Positions 11,518-23,900 of a stretch of 64,000 nt of DNA are shown here, in pieces; within the stretch, counting starts at the first letter, position 1, and each line of letters starts with the position of its first letter. The stretch is from NCBI GenBank assembly GCA_025594325.1, contig JANHCV010000006.1, forward strand, positions 620,001 to 684,000, read 5' to 3'. The position numbers and the translations under genes are program-made. Under the pieces are notes generated by a model, which made no database searches, was not told where the DNA came from, and saw nothing but the letters and a program-made list of their open reading frames with translations. This DNA comes from Blastocladiella emersonii ATCC 22665 (Eukaryota; Fungi; Blastocladiomycota).

Positions 11518-12043
11518 TTTCGCCAGCGAATGGTGCGCGTTCGTTGACAACTTCGTGACCCCGACCGCTCTGATCGCTGCGCTCGAGCCCTACGCTGCCG
11601 CCGAGTCGGCCACGGCCGCTAAGCTCGCGTCGACCATCGTCTTGGCGCCGCTGAACGTGTGCTTCGGCGCGTTCAACGATGTCCTGCTCGAGGCGTCGCA
11701 GGCTGCGCTCATGTACCGCTCCCCGCTGTGCGTATTCGTCTAGTACGTCATCCCAGCAACGCCTCGCCGCTCGGGTTCGTTGACTCGGATGGCAAAAACG
11801 CGTCGTCGCCGGTGCTGCAAGTCAACCTCAAGGACGCGCCCGAAGTCGCGTCACGCGCCTAGGCGCTCGGCAGCGTGCTCTCGGACCCCGCCATGCTCGG
11901 GGTTTTCACGGACCTGCACGAGTATGTCAACGGAGCGCTCCCACGCGAGGCCGAGTAACGCGCCTACCGTTGTCGCGACCGCTCCCTTTGACGGGCGTGC
12001 GCAAGGGCGGCGCGGCGTGGATGTACTCGCTGTTCGCAGGCAA
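11518..12043 (+). pseudogene. Inverted, internally deleted fragment of the neighbouring RavA-like gene
   Basis: Reads FASEWCAFVDNFVTPTALIAALEPYAAAESATAAKLAST, then jumps to IVLAPLNVCFGAFNDVLLEASQAALM...GKNASSPVLQVNLKDAPEVASRA*ALGSVLSDPAML...GVRKGGAAWMYSLFAG. These match two separate parts of the gene at 14692-17176, with stops and indels. Confidence 0.9.
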
Positions 12044-12431
12044 CGTCGTTGTCTCACGGGTACAGGTAGTCGTAGTTGTCGACGACCTGCGGCGCGAAAA
12101 CCTGCACGTTGAACCAGAACTTGCTCTGCCGATGCGCCTTTACGGCAGTCCACCGCCACTTGTACGCCTGCACGTCTGAGCAGTTGGCGTCGTTGTAGTG
12201 TAACAGCATCACGTCGAACCCGTCCGCGTTGAACAGCTCGAGCACCGGTAGAACGGTCTTGCGAGGGGCGTTGAAGCGATTTGTAGCCGAATGCCTGATG
12301 GCTGCGGGGCAAGGCTCGCGCGCATTCGCAGCAAGTAACAAGTTGAACGGCGGCGGGCCAGCGAGCCGACGGAACGCACAAAATGTGAGACTCGGAACAA
12401 GGATCACCTGGCACGCCGAGTGCGAATGCAT
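12040..12431 (-). pseudogene. DUF707-family gene, 5' half
   Basis: FNADGFDVMLLHYND...AHRQSKFWF...PQVVDNYDYLYP*DNDV resembles DUF707 F.I.LFHYD...QTKWW..KRFLHPD.V..Y.YIF.WDED; the TGA falls at the conserved Trp. Confidence 0.7.
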
Positions 12432-12838
12432 CTGGAAGCTGGGAGACAGCGATGCAGGCGGCGTCGGATGACTGTTCCGGCTTCGACCGACCTGCGAGGC
12501 GATTCGCGACGCGTCGACGCGTCATCCGTGCGCGGCAGGATCGTGATTGCCTGATCAGCCAACACGACCACCGAACCGAGGTCGTGCTACATCGATGGTC
12601 GATGGCACTTCATCACTTCGCATGACCCCTGTATCGCCGGTAAGTAAAAAAAAAAAAAACAGCTGACTGCCAGTGTAGTGCGGTTGCGGGTGTGGCGCAA
12701 CGCGATCATTTGCCGACCCATCGCGTGCTTTGTGGCGCGAGTCTTTCGCAGGCCGATCCCGCTGATCATCAGATCACCTTCGCAAGAGACGACGCTGTAA
12801 ACAAAAACATAACATTTATTCAAGCTTGCAAATAATGT

Positions 12839-14545
12839 TCAGTAGCGCGATTCAAACTTGCCAAAGTTGTCAAACCCGCACATCGGGAACTGGCGCTTTT
12901 GCAGCTCATATTCTGTTTCTTCCAAGTACGAATTGCGCCAGAGGGAAAGAGTGGGGACCTTGTCTCCGCGAGCTTCAAGTAGCTGCAAAAGCGGTTCCAG
13001 GCTTTCGTCTGTGATCCAATTGCCGTCCAAGATCAGCGATTACAAGTGCGGCGGCAAGCGCTCCAGCAGCAGAGCTAAATCCCGGTCGGACAGACCCAAC
13101 CAACCGAGCCACAAGTCAGTGAGACGAGGAAAGTCTCCCAAAGCCTGCATGAGCCGGCGACAAGCCGGGTTTTCGTCCGCGACCAGCCAAGCGCCGCTGC
13201 GCGCTTCCGTTTTGTACAGCCGAAGCGAGCTCAACTGCCGCGGGAGACCCTCTGCGAAGGCATCCAAGTCGTTGTCGTCGAATTCGCAAAACGTGAGCTC
13301 AAGCCTGTCGAGCGTTTGAGGGAGGTGCGGGACCAGGTACTCCATTGTACCCGCCGGGAAGGAGTTGGATGACAGGTCGAGGTCGGTGAGAGTAGCAGGA
13401 AGGTACGGGGCGAGCTCCCGGATGTCAGCGCCGGTCAACTTGTTGTCGGACAAATCCAGTTGCTCGAGAGATCGAGGAAGCGCGCGCGCAAGCGTGGCGA
13501 AGATGGGAGTCAGCGCAGTCGTGGAGCTACGTGTGAACGTGCATTGGGCAATTCGAAGCGTGCCCAGGGTTGGTGGCAAGAAGCTGAAGAGCGTGTTTGA
13601 GCCATCGAGCCGGCTGAAATCGTAGTTGTAGATGATGAGGCACTTGAGCTTGCTTGGAAAGAGGCTGCCCAGTTCGGCATCGCAGCGAGGGTCAATCCAC
13701 GAATCTTCGAGCTGAAGCTTGGTGACTGAATCGGGGAGCGGGGGTCTGGGAGCAGTTCCGATTGCTGCACGAGCGTGAGGAAGGTCATGGCGCATGCACT
13801 TGAACGCGAGAGTCGTAACCCTGGAGGGGAGGTCAAGCGACCTTGCCAAGACAGCAGACATGTCGCATGGGTCAAAGTCAAGGTAAGTGGTCACTGCATT
13901 GGGGAGCGAGAGAGTCCGGTTAAGAATCGCGATGCCGACCTGGGTGAGCCGACCGGAAACGGACATTACGCCGCCGCAGCGACCACGATTTACGTCGTGA
14001 AAGCGCCGCAAAGCGTCCTTGTCTCCTAGTTCGTGGACGATTGGCAAGGTCTGAGAGGCATCCGATGGGCATCAGTGATCTGTTTCAACTCAACGTGAGT
14101 GCAAATCGAGCCGTACCTCGTTGTTGGTCTCAGAGACTGCCCGAGCTCCAACAACACCTGAAAGTATCGGATCACACCTTGTACGAGTGGCATCTTCAAG
14201 CGTTGGGAGTGGAATACCCGAGTCACGCCACCATTCGAGGACTACATATTGTAGATTTTCGCAAGCATCCACGAACGCAGCAACGGTATAGTTGAAGGGC
14301 AGTCGCGAATCGCGCCAAAGATCGAGCACAGCGACGAAGCCGCATTTGATCGCGTCGTCCAAGGAGAGAAGCGGGCACCGGCGCAATATGGCGCGCGTGA
14401 CGCCCGGGATGTCGGCACGCCGCATGACGCGAGCGTACTGCGCAAGGCCCTCCAAGTCGCTTGGGTCGCCGTGGGCCTCCACAGCGTAGCATAAGACGTG
14501 ATCAATGAGTTGCGGTAAGTGCAAGCGTGCGTTCATGCGATTCAT
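12839..14545 (-). pseudogene. Ankyrin-like (VLxxW..S) repeats fused to RNI-like LRRs; one intron (14116-14051) and an in-frame TAA at 13040-13042
   Basis: AIKCGFVAVLDLWRDSRL and ACENLQYVVLEWWRDSGIPL repeats. A 66-nt GT-AG intron joins these in frame to LRRs (LPRSLEQLDLSDNKL, LPATLTDLDLSSNSF), which continue past the stop as LPPHL*SLILDGNWITDESL. Confidence 0.7.
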
Positions 14546-14691
14546 GGTATGTCTATTGCCGCTCGTTGCGGCGTTTGGGAGGGAGAGCAAGGAGCGGCAG
14601 CCCCGATCGATTTTGAAACTGGGCGACCGCTGCTCACGTGCATCTGAACGGCGCGATCGACATTCGCTGGCCGCTCGTTTGGGCCAGATAA

Positions 14692-17176
14692 TCAAGGCTT
14701 TGACGATGGCAAGGCAAATAGAAATTTGGTGCGAAGAAAACATATATATTTTTTTGATTGACAAAGCCGAGGGGCGGGAACTCCGGACTGCTTTGTGGCG
14801 GCAGCGGTGGCGACAGGGACTGAGACCTTGCACTCGAGCTTGGCGACCGATCCCTGCTCGGCGTGCTCCTGACCGAGCGGAAACTTCTCGAGCTTACCGC
14901 TTTCACCCACGCGAAGCTGGGACGCGCCCGCGAACCCGTGGCGGATCCCGAGTGAGTTGATCTTGGCCTGCGGCCCGCGCAGGGCGAGCTGGATGGACTC
15001 GCGATCGACCGGCGAAATGTGAGCCGCTTCTTCGTCGAACACGCCGACTACGATGACGCGGTTCGGCAGCGCGGTTTCCGGGATCGTCACCTCGCGCAGG
15101 ATCGTGTCGAGCCCGCCGCCGCTCAAAGTGCGCCGCAGCTTTGTCGAGTAGTGCTGCAGCTGATAAGCCTCACGGCCTCGCGAGTTGGTGCTGACGAGGA
15201 AGTGCTGGAAGCCGAGCAGCTTGCCGTCCGGGTGGAAGTCGATGCACAGGACGTGAATCCCGACATAATGGACGCCTTGCTCGAGCGGACCGCCAACGTC
15301 GACCAGAGTGCCGTTGCCGAGACTGACGCGGAAGTGGCCGTGCTGCCCGAGTTTTTCGTCGAAACCTTTGGAGATGACGGTCAGCGTGTGCTCGATGACC
15401 TTGGGCTGCGGCGGCTGCGCAACGATCGGAGCCGGTGCGACGGGCGTGGGGGCGGGGGTGACCACGGGAGCCGACGCAGGCGCGGCGCCGCGACTGGACG
15501 CGATACCCTCGAGGATACGCTGCTTGGCGGCGTCGGGCACGAACGCGTGCGCCTTGACCATGGCGGTGACGGCGTCAATGCCCTTGGTCTGCACGAGCGC
15601 GGCGAGCTCCTTGACGAGACGCGCTTCGAGCCACTGCACGAGGCACTGGTGCTGGTCCTTGGTCTGCCACGCGACGTAGACGATCGGGTACACGTCGAGC
15701 GGCGCGGCCTTGGTGCGGCCGTGCACGTACACGACGACGCGCAGCACCTTGAGCAGCACCACGATGCCGCGGTCCGTGAGCAGTCGCCCGCCGTACGTCT
15801 GCTGCGACTGCGCGCCGAACGCGCCCGTCTTGCCCGCGAACAGCGAGTCCATCCACGCCGCGCCACCCTTGCGCACGCCCGTCGAGGGAGCGGCGGCTGC
15901 GCCGTTGGCTGCGGCGGCGGGAGGGCCAGCGGCCCGGTACTCGGCCTCGCGCGGGAGGGCGCCGTTGATGTACTCGTGGAGGTCCGTGAACAGCGCGAGC
16001 ATGGCGGGGTCCGAGAGGACGTTGCCGAGCGCCTGGGCGCGCGACGCGACCTCGGGCACGTCCTTGAGGTTGATGCGCAGCACAGGCGACGACGCGTTCT
16101 TGCCGTCGGAGCCGACGAACCCGAGCAGCGCGAGGCGCGTGGCCGGGCTCACGTAGTCGACGAACACGCGCAGCGGGAAGCGGTCCATGAGCGCGGCCTG
16201 CGACGCCTCGAGCGGGACCTCGTTGGACGCGCCGAAACACACGTGCAGCGGCGTCGCGACCATGGTCGACCCGTTGGCGATACGGCGCTCGTTGAGGATG
16301 GTCATGAGGCACGACAGCGTCGCCTTAGACGCCTTAAAGATCTCGTCGAGGAACGCAAGCTCCGTGTCCGCGAGCATGCCGCCGAGGTTGCGCTGCGACA
16401 CGCTGACGGTCGTGAGCGACTGCACGTCGATCGGGCCGATCAGGTCGTCGACGGTCGACGTCGCGTGCAGCGTGGTCGAGAAGTGCGGGCGCGGCGTGAC
16501 GGTGCGGCGCATGGTCTCGTGGACGGGCGAGCGACTTGGTCATGCTGGGCGGGCCGTGCTGCAGCACGTTTTGGCCCGAGAGGACCGAGAGGACGCTGAG
16601 CAGCAGGGCGCGCACGGCCTCGTCGGGGTTGAGCAGCGAGCCGCACAGCTGGTTGATGAGTTGCGCCAGCTCGGCGTGGTTGAAGGCGTTGTTCTTGTTT
16701 TTAGGCACGAGCGGGATCAGCTTCTCGTTGGCGGCCGACGCGGTCGAGGAGGCGGCGGCGAGCTTGGCGGCCTTGGCCGACTCGGCGGCAGCGTGGGCCT
16801 CGAGCGCGGCAATCAGGGCGGTCGGGCACTCGAGGTCGGCGACGACCGCGTACCAGTCGCTGGCGAGCGTCGAGCGGAGCAGCGCGCAGTAGGCGAACTG
16901 CAGGTCGCGGGCCTCGGCACGCGCGTCAGCGTCGGAGCTCAGCTTGTGCAGCGACTTGAGGCGGGCGGCAAGCTGCGTGACGAGGGCCTCGGTCGCAACG
17001 GCAGCGGGCGCGGTGCCGCGCGCGGGCATGAGGAACTTGCACCCGTCGGCGGCGAGCATGTCCTCGACGCGGGCGCGCCACGACGGCCACACGCGCGCGG
17101 ACGTCAGGTCCTGCAGCGTCGTGATGGTGTCGGTCAGCGGCGAGTGCACGCGACGCGTCTGCTGCTTCGTGGCCAT
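14692..17176 (-). CDS. RavA/MoxR-type AAA+ ATPase with C-terminal ILEI/PANDER-like domain; frameshift near 16525 and degenerate Walker A (possible pseudogene)
   Basis: LSGQNVLQHGPPSMTKSL (RavA: LSGEsvfLlGPPGiAKSL), LAFLDEIFKA...LMTILNER, FGASNEVP, AALMDRFPLRVFVDYV. ORFs 16334-17311 and 14692-16512 are joined by a frame change just after the P-loop. Confidence 0.85.
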
Positions 17177-17907
17177 GGTGGTGGTGGTGGTGGTGGTCGG
17201 GGGAGCGCGAGAGGGTGTGTGCGGGACGCGGGTCCCTATAACACGAGGGCAGCGGTGAGTGGGAGAGGGGAAGATCGGCGCGACGGAAGAAGCCGGCGAC
17301 AAGCCAAGCAAACAACGGCGGGCCGAAACGAGAAGACAATGGTGCGGTCAAGGGTTCTGGTGCGGTGAGGCCGGTTATTTCGGATGATTAGCCCGCCGTG
17401 TTCGGCCGAAGAGTTCGAAGAAATCGGTGGCGAGAGAAGAGTCGCCTCCGCGGGAGGCGCGACCAGCAAGAGAGGGAGCGCGGAGCGTTGCCACGGGTGA
17501 AGGCGCGCCCGAAATCGGCATGCACGAGAAGGGAAGGCGAAGTGGTGGCGCGGAAATCGAAAGAGGGTTGTCACCGGATTGACGAACAACGGACGCGTGG
17601 CTGGCGCCTGCGCCACACCTCCTTGCCGCACTCGGTCCCTTCTCCCTCGAGATCGTCCCCGCTTCGGCGTCCGGACCGGTCCACGCTCTCGGACTCTGGC
17701 CTCGTCGGGCATCAAGTACCATCCGTCCTCGCCGCCTTCGCGGTTCGACCGGCTTCCGCCCTCATCAGCACACGACCCGACGGGCCTCGGTCGCCTCCGC
17801 GAGCTCGGCTGCCACCACCTGCTCCTCGACGTTGCAGCCGTGCGTTATGTCTCCCGCTTTGCTCCTGCGCGACAACTGGCTGACCCGCGACCTGACGCGC
17901 CACCCAG

Positions 17908-20900
17908 ATGGACCAACGCGACGCGTCGGCCGCTCGCGCGCGCGCCGCGCCTTCGCCTCCTGCTGCACCGCTCCAGCGCTCTTCCACGCCCTCTGCACCC
18001 GACGTAACTTCCGGCAACCGCCACCATGGATCGATCCACGCACGCTCCGACTCGGGCGTCAACGTCGCAGCCCCGATCGCGCACGCCGCCCAGACGGCCG
18101 TGTGCACCCCGCTTCTCCACTCGGCCGAGCCGACCCCGCGACCCGCGCCGACGGCAATTTGCGTTCCGCTCCTGAACGCGGCTCCCTCGCAGAGTGTGTT
18201 CGTGCCGGATCGTACTCCTGCTCCTTCTCCGATCGCGGCGGCGACACCCGCCAGCTCGCAGAAGGGAGTCCATGGCGGTTCTTCTTTCGTCAAGACGGTA
18301 TGACGCGTTGCTCGATACCCTTCACAACAAAGTACACTGACACGGAACTTCGCTGTCTAGTCGTCCTCGAGCGCCGGCGCTGCCGCCAACCCGACGGCCG
18401 CCGCGAACCAGCCCGCTGCCGCCGCGAAGCCCGGCACTGCTGCTGCCGCTGCTGCAGCGGCTCCGACCAAGACCAAGGTCTCGAGTGACGCGTCCAAGGA
18501 CACCAAGGTACGCTCTCCGCTTGTGTCCACTCCTCGCCTGCGCGCGTTCTCACACTTGACCCTTGCTTTCGCGCAGACCAAGCCCGTTGCTGCTGCTGCC
18601 GCTTCGACCAAGTCCAAGGTCTCGAAGACGGACAAGAATGACGCGTCCAAGAACGCCAAGGTACGCTTCTCCGCTCGCGCCCACACTCCTCATCCGCGCG
18701 CGTGCTCACATTCGACCCTTGCTTTCGCGTAGGGCAAACCCGCTGCTGCTGCTACCGCGTCGACCAAGTCCAAGGTGGACAAGCCGAGCAAGAACGACGC
18801 GTCCAAGGACGCCAAGGTATGCTGCTCCGCTCGTGCTCACCCCCATCCGCGCGCATGCTCACATTCAGCTCTCGCGCGTAGGACAAGAAGCCGGCTGCCG
18901 ATGCCGACGGCAAGGGCGACGCCAAGCCCGCCGCGCCGACGCGTTTCGCCAAGATCAAGTGGCACCCGGCCTTCGCGCCGTCCGGCTCCGAGTCCGCCGA
19001 CGGCGAGCGCCTCGACGACCTCGTCCCGCGCGGTACGCTGCTCGAGAAGCTCGACGAGTACCACCTGCGCGGCATGCTCGACGTCCTCGACGTGTTCGTC
19101 GCTGGGCCTCCGACTGAGGAGGAAACCAAGGACGACGACGATGAAGATGATGACGACGACGAGAGTGATGACGAGGAGGAGGACGATGGCTACACCAAGG
19201 CCACGGCCATCAAGGACCCCGCTGCAGACGGCGACGACGGCGACGACGGCGACGTGTCGGACGCTGACGAGTCGGACACCGAGTCCAAGTCGGACGACGA
19301 CGGCAAGGACGAGCTCGAGCCGCTCGACCGCAAGGACATTGCGCGCGTCGGCATCGTCGCCGAGTGCACGCTGACCTTGGTCCCCGACGGCCTCGAGTTC
19401 CTCAAGGATCACTCGCTCAAGGCCAAGCTCATCCTCATCGACAGCGCCATCGACTACTCGGTTAAGCGCAAGGACGGCGACGAGCGGGAGGAGAAGGACT
19501 TGGTCGACGGCAAGAAGTCCGCCGCGGGCAAGTCGTCCGCCACCAAGTCCGCGCCCGACGGTTCGGCCGACCAGAAGGAGGCCAAGACCTCGCCCGCCGA
19601 CGTGTCGAATGCTGCTGGTCTGCCGTCGACGCGCCCGCGCGCCAAGGCGACCACGACGCCGCCTCCCGCCGCCGTCGCCAAGGCCGCTGACGCGACGCCC
19701 GCGTCCATCATCGCCCAGAAGTCAACGGCCGATCGCACCCGCGAGCGCTCCAAGTCCGCGGCCGCGGCCGCGGTGCCCACCTCAGTGTCACCCACTACGG
19801 CCTCGTCGACTCGTCCCGCGCCATCAGCGCCACTCAAGGAGCGGCCCTCGTCGTTGTCATCCGCCAGCAAGTCCAAGGGCGACTCGCGCTCGTCGTCGGC
19901 CGCCGCCTCGCGCAAGGGCAAGTGCTCGGCCTCCGCCGACTCGGGCAACCACGCTGCCGACGGCGCCGCGTCCAAGGGCGCCGACTCGGACTGCGACGAC
20001 CACGACGAGGACGACGACGAGCCCAAGCAGTGGTCGCTGTACTCGATCGAGTTCGAGTACCTGCCCGGCGGGCCCGACCCGGTCCTCATTTTCCCAAGCT
20101 GCCCGCTCGGCCCCGTGGCACTCAGCTCGGTCGCCGCCGTCCTCGCGGTCCGTGGCACGACGCAGCTGCTCCTCGAGTTCACGCTCAAGCCGCCGTCGGA
20201 CGACGAGAAGGTCGACGACGGCAAGGAGTCGGCCGACGACTCGAAGCCCAAGGACGACGCTGAGAAGAAGAAGGAGGGGAAGGAGGGCGCCGACAAGGAC
20301 GGGTCCGACACGTTCGAGCTCGACGAGTGCGTCGGCTCGGCGCGGTTCATCCTCAACGGCCGCAAGTCGCACCTCGCCGCCGCTGAAATCTCGCTCAAGA
20401 TCGCGCAGTCCGAGTCCGACGACGACAAGAAGGGCAAGGACGGCAAGAGCAAGGACGGCAAGAAGTCGTCCAAGTCGGCCGGCGACAAGGCCGAGCCTGA
20501 GTCGCCGTCGCAGCAGCCGTCGTCGTCCGACGCCCAGTCCGAGCCCATCTCGCCCGCCGCGACGCCCGAGAAGAAGGTCAAGCAGGCGAAGGTCGACGCC
20601 GCCGACGACAAGAAGGCCAAGGCCGACGCCGCTGACGAGAAGAAGAAGGAGCAGAAGCCTGACGAGAAGGGCGAGATCCACTCGGTCGAGGCCACGCTCT
20701 CGTACGAGCCCGAGGACGGCGAGGACCACCACTGGACGCTGTCGCTCAAGGCCAAGGGCAGCAAGGCTGTCGCCCGCTCGCTCAAGCGCTTTGGCTCCGT
20801 CAACCTCGCCATGCCCTTGAGCAGTGAGGTGCTGCGGCTCACGGCCGCGAGCCTCCAGATCGACCTCGTCCGCGAGTCGCCCGAGGACAAGAAGAAGGAG

Positions 20901-23900
20901 AAGAAGGGCGGCGACGATCAGCAGCTCGACGAGAAGGCCGAGCGGAAGCGCGGCGTGCGCGAGTCCAAGCAGGTCAACGCCAAGACCAAGGTCGCGTCCG
21001 ACTCGGCGGTCGCGTCTGAATCGGCGGTCGCGTCCACGTCGGCGGCGCCTGAGAAGGACAAGTCAGGCAAGAAGCCGAGCCCGTGGAAGCTCCGCGGCTC
21101 AGGCAGCGCCGAGGTCGAGTACCACCACACGCTCAAGCTCCAGGACGGCCACCCGCTCATGTCGCTGCGCGGCGCCGCCAACGCAACAATCGCGGTCCCG
21201 CTCGACGGTCCCACGATCACCGAGTTCAACGGCATGATGGAGCTCGCGTGGGCCGACGCTGCAGCTCCGCCATCGTTGTCGACCGAGTCGTTGACCAAGT
21301 TGTCGGCCAAGTCGTTGGCCAAGTCGTCGGCCGAGTCGTCGGCCGAGTCGTCGGCCAAGGACAAGAAGGCGGACGCTGACAAGCCCGACCCGCGGCAGCT
21401 GGCCGTTGCCGCACGCGCGTGCTGGGTCCCGCGCCGCATGTTCAACGTCTCGTTCGGCGTCGCCGGCGCCAACCTGTACAAGGTCTCGCCCGAGTGGCTG
21501 CAGTTCCTCCTGCCCAAGGGCAAGGCGCAGCTCGTCGTGCGGTACCTGTCCTGGTTCAAGCTCGCCGACCCCAAGAAGCCGTTCCTGCTCAAGGACGCGG
21601 CCGACCCGATCTCGACCGAGGGCCTGCTCAAGCTCATCGCCAGCGTCGACGACGAGAAGAAGAAGGACGAGAAGGAGGACGAGAACGAGGCGAGTGACAG
21701 CGAAGACGGTGGCGAAACGGCCGCGTCCACTGCCGCCGTCGCGCCGGCCGCCGAGGGCTCGGGTCGCCCGTCGCAGAAGCCCGCGCGTCGTCCGCGCAGC
21801 GTGTCAGTATCGGCTCCTTCATCATCTGCCTCCGCTTCCACCGAGTCCGCCGTCTCGCCGTCGACTCGCTCGCGCTCGAACGCCGTCCATGGCGAGCCGC
21901 TCAAGGCGTCGCATACCGGTACTCGGCCGCGCGCCAAGGCCATCGACAACACGTCGTCCTCGAGTTCCAGCGCCACCACGCGCCCGCGCTCCAACGCCGT
22001 CGCTCGTCGCCCGTCCGCTGCGGCCAAGTCTGACGCGCCTGCCGAGGCCAAGGACGGTGACGACAACGACGAGGCCGTCGAGCTCCCGCCGCGCTCGTCG
22101 CTGCTCGCCATCACGTACGCCGGCACCTCGGACCTCAAGACCAAGTGGGACGACAAGACCAGCTTCTCGATCCTCGTGCTGCGCTCGCCGACCTCGGGCA
22201 ACGCGTTTGTCGCCGAGATCAGCAACGTCGACCTCGCGGCGCTGTTCAAGATCAGCGGCGGCGTCCAGCTCACCCTCGACAACGTCCGCCTCACGTATCG
22301 CCATTTCGACGAGATCAAGGAGGGCGAGAGCGACAACGAGGACGAGAAGAAGGCCGACAACAAGGACGGCAAGAAGAAGCAGGGCGCCTTGGGCACCAAG
22401 GCCTCGTCGTCTGCCGCTGCGACCGAGTCCAAGTCGTCGCCCGCCAAGGGTGCCGCCGGCAAGTCCACGTCGTCGTCGACCGCCCCGGCTGCTCCGGCAT
22501 CAACCAGCGCAACCTCGGCCGCGTCACCCGACGAGCCCGCCAACGCGGCCATCGCCCTGCCCAAGAAGGTCCCCGTCGACATGTACCAGGCTGAGGGCGA
22601 GCTGACACTGCTCAAGGACATCAAGTTCTCGGTCGCCGCCACCATGTTCCGCGTCAAGGGCTCGCTCGACGACTGGGCGCTCCGCGGGCAGGCCCTCGTC
22701 CACCGCAACAAGGTCGTCGAGTTCGCGCCGATTCTCGAGGGACTTGGCGTCGCGTCCAACTTCCGCGTCCTCGCTGTCAAGCAGCCGATGCAGAAAATGT
22801 ACCTCAAGGTCCTCGACGGGTCCGATGACGAGGAGTCTGAGGATGAAGCTGGTGACGGTGACGACGCCAAGGAGAAGGACGACAAGTCGGACGCGGCCAA
22901 CGACAAGAAGGGCAAGTCGGAGCCCAAGGACGCGACCAAGGGCGGCAAGGAGAAGCAGAAGGAGACCGACGTCGACGATGCGGCCAAGGCCGTCGCCGAC
23001 GCGCTGTCCAAGGAGCCGTCGCTCCCGCCGGGGCTCGAAAAGCTGTTCGAACCCAGCGCCGGCGAGGTGCTGCTCCAGGTCGCGCTCACCGAGTCGAGCG
23101 GCGACCTCCACCCGCGGCTTCACGGCGCGGCCATTGCGCTGTGCGTCAACATCCCGCTCAAAACGACCGCGGCCGCCGCCTCAACGCCATCCGCGTCCGC
23201 GTCCGCGTCCGCGTCCGCCTCGCCCTCCTCGGCCGTCATCGCGGGCTCGCCCAAGCGCGGGCCGGCGCGGTTCGGCATCCTCGTCAACAACCCCGGCGCG
23301 CTGTTCGGCAGCAGCGCTCTCGAAGAGCAGCAGCTCGCGCTCGCCGGTAGCGTCTCGACTGACGGCACCGTCCTGCTCCTCGGCCACGCGCGCAAGCCCA
23401 CGCCGCTCACGGCACTTATGCTGATACAGGTCATCGACGCGAGCTTCAAGCCCGACGCGTCGGTCGATAAGCTCCTGTCCGAGCTGCTCTCGGTTCGCAT
23501 CTACACGCTCGGCCTCGCGTTCGAGCGCGGCAACGGCGGCAGCAGCGGTCGCCGCGACCCCAACTCGGCCGTCACGTTCGTGGTCGGGTGCACGCTGTCG
23601 CACCTCGAGGTGCCCTTCGCCGTCATGTGCCGTCTCCAGAACGGGAAGATCGGCGTCCGCATCGCGTGTCTCCCCGAGGCGGCTGACGACGGGTCCACGG
23701 GTCTCACCGACCTCGTCAACGAGTCGCTGCCCGAGTTTGTCAAGGACGTACTCGAGATGTCACCCGTCCAGCTCGACCTGCTGTGGCTCGACCTGCGCTA
23801 CAACTGGCTCGAGAACGGCGGCGGCTCCACCACCAGCACCAGCACCAGCACCGCGGCCAAGGCTGAGAAACCCAGCAGCTCCGCCGCCAAAATCAAGCCC

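Noticed and set aside
12647-12659. Poly-A run as a retroelement tail
   Set aside because: No adjacent reverse-transcriptase remnant or target-site duplication; a simple homopolymer.
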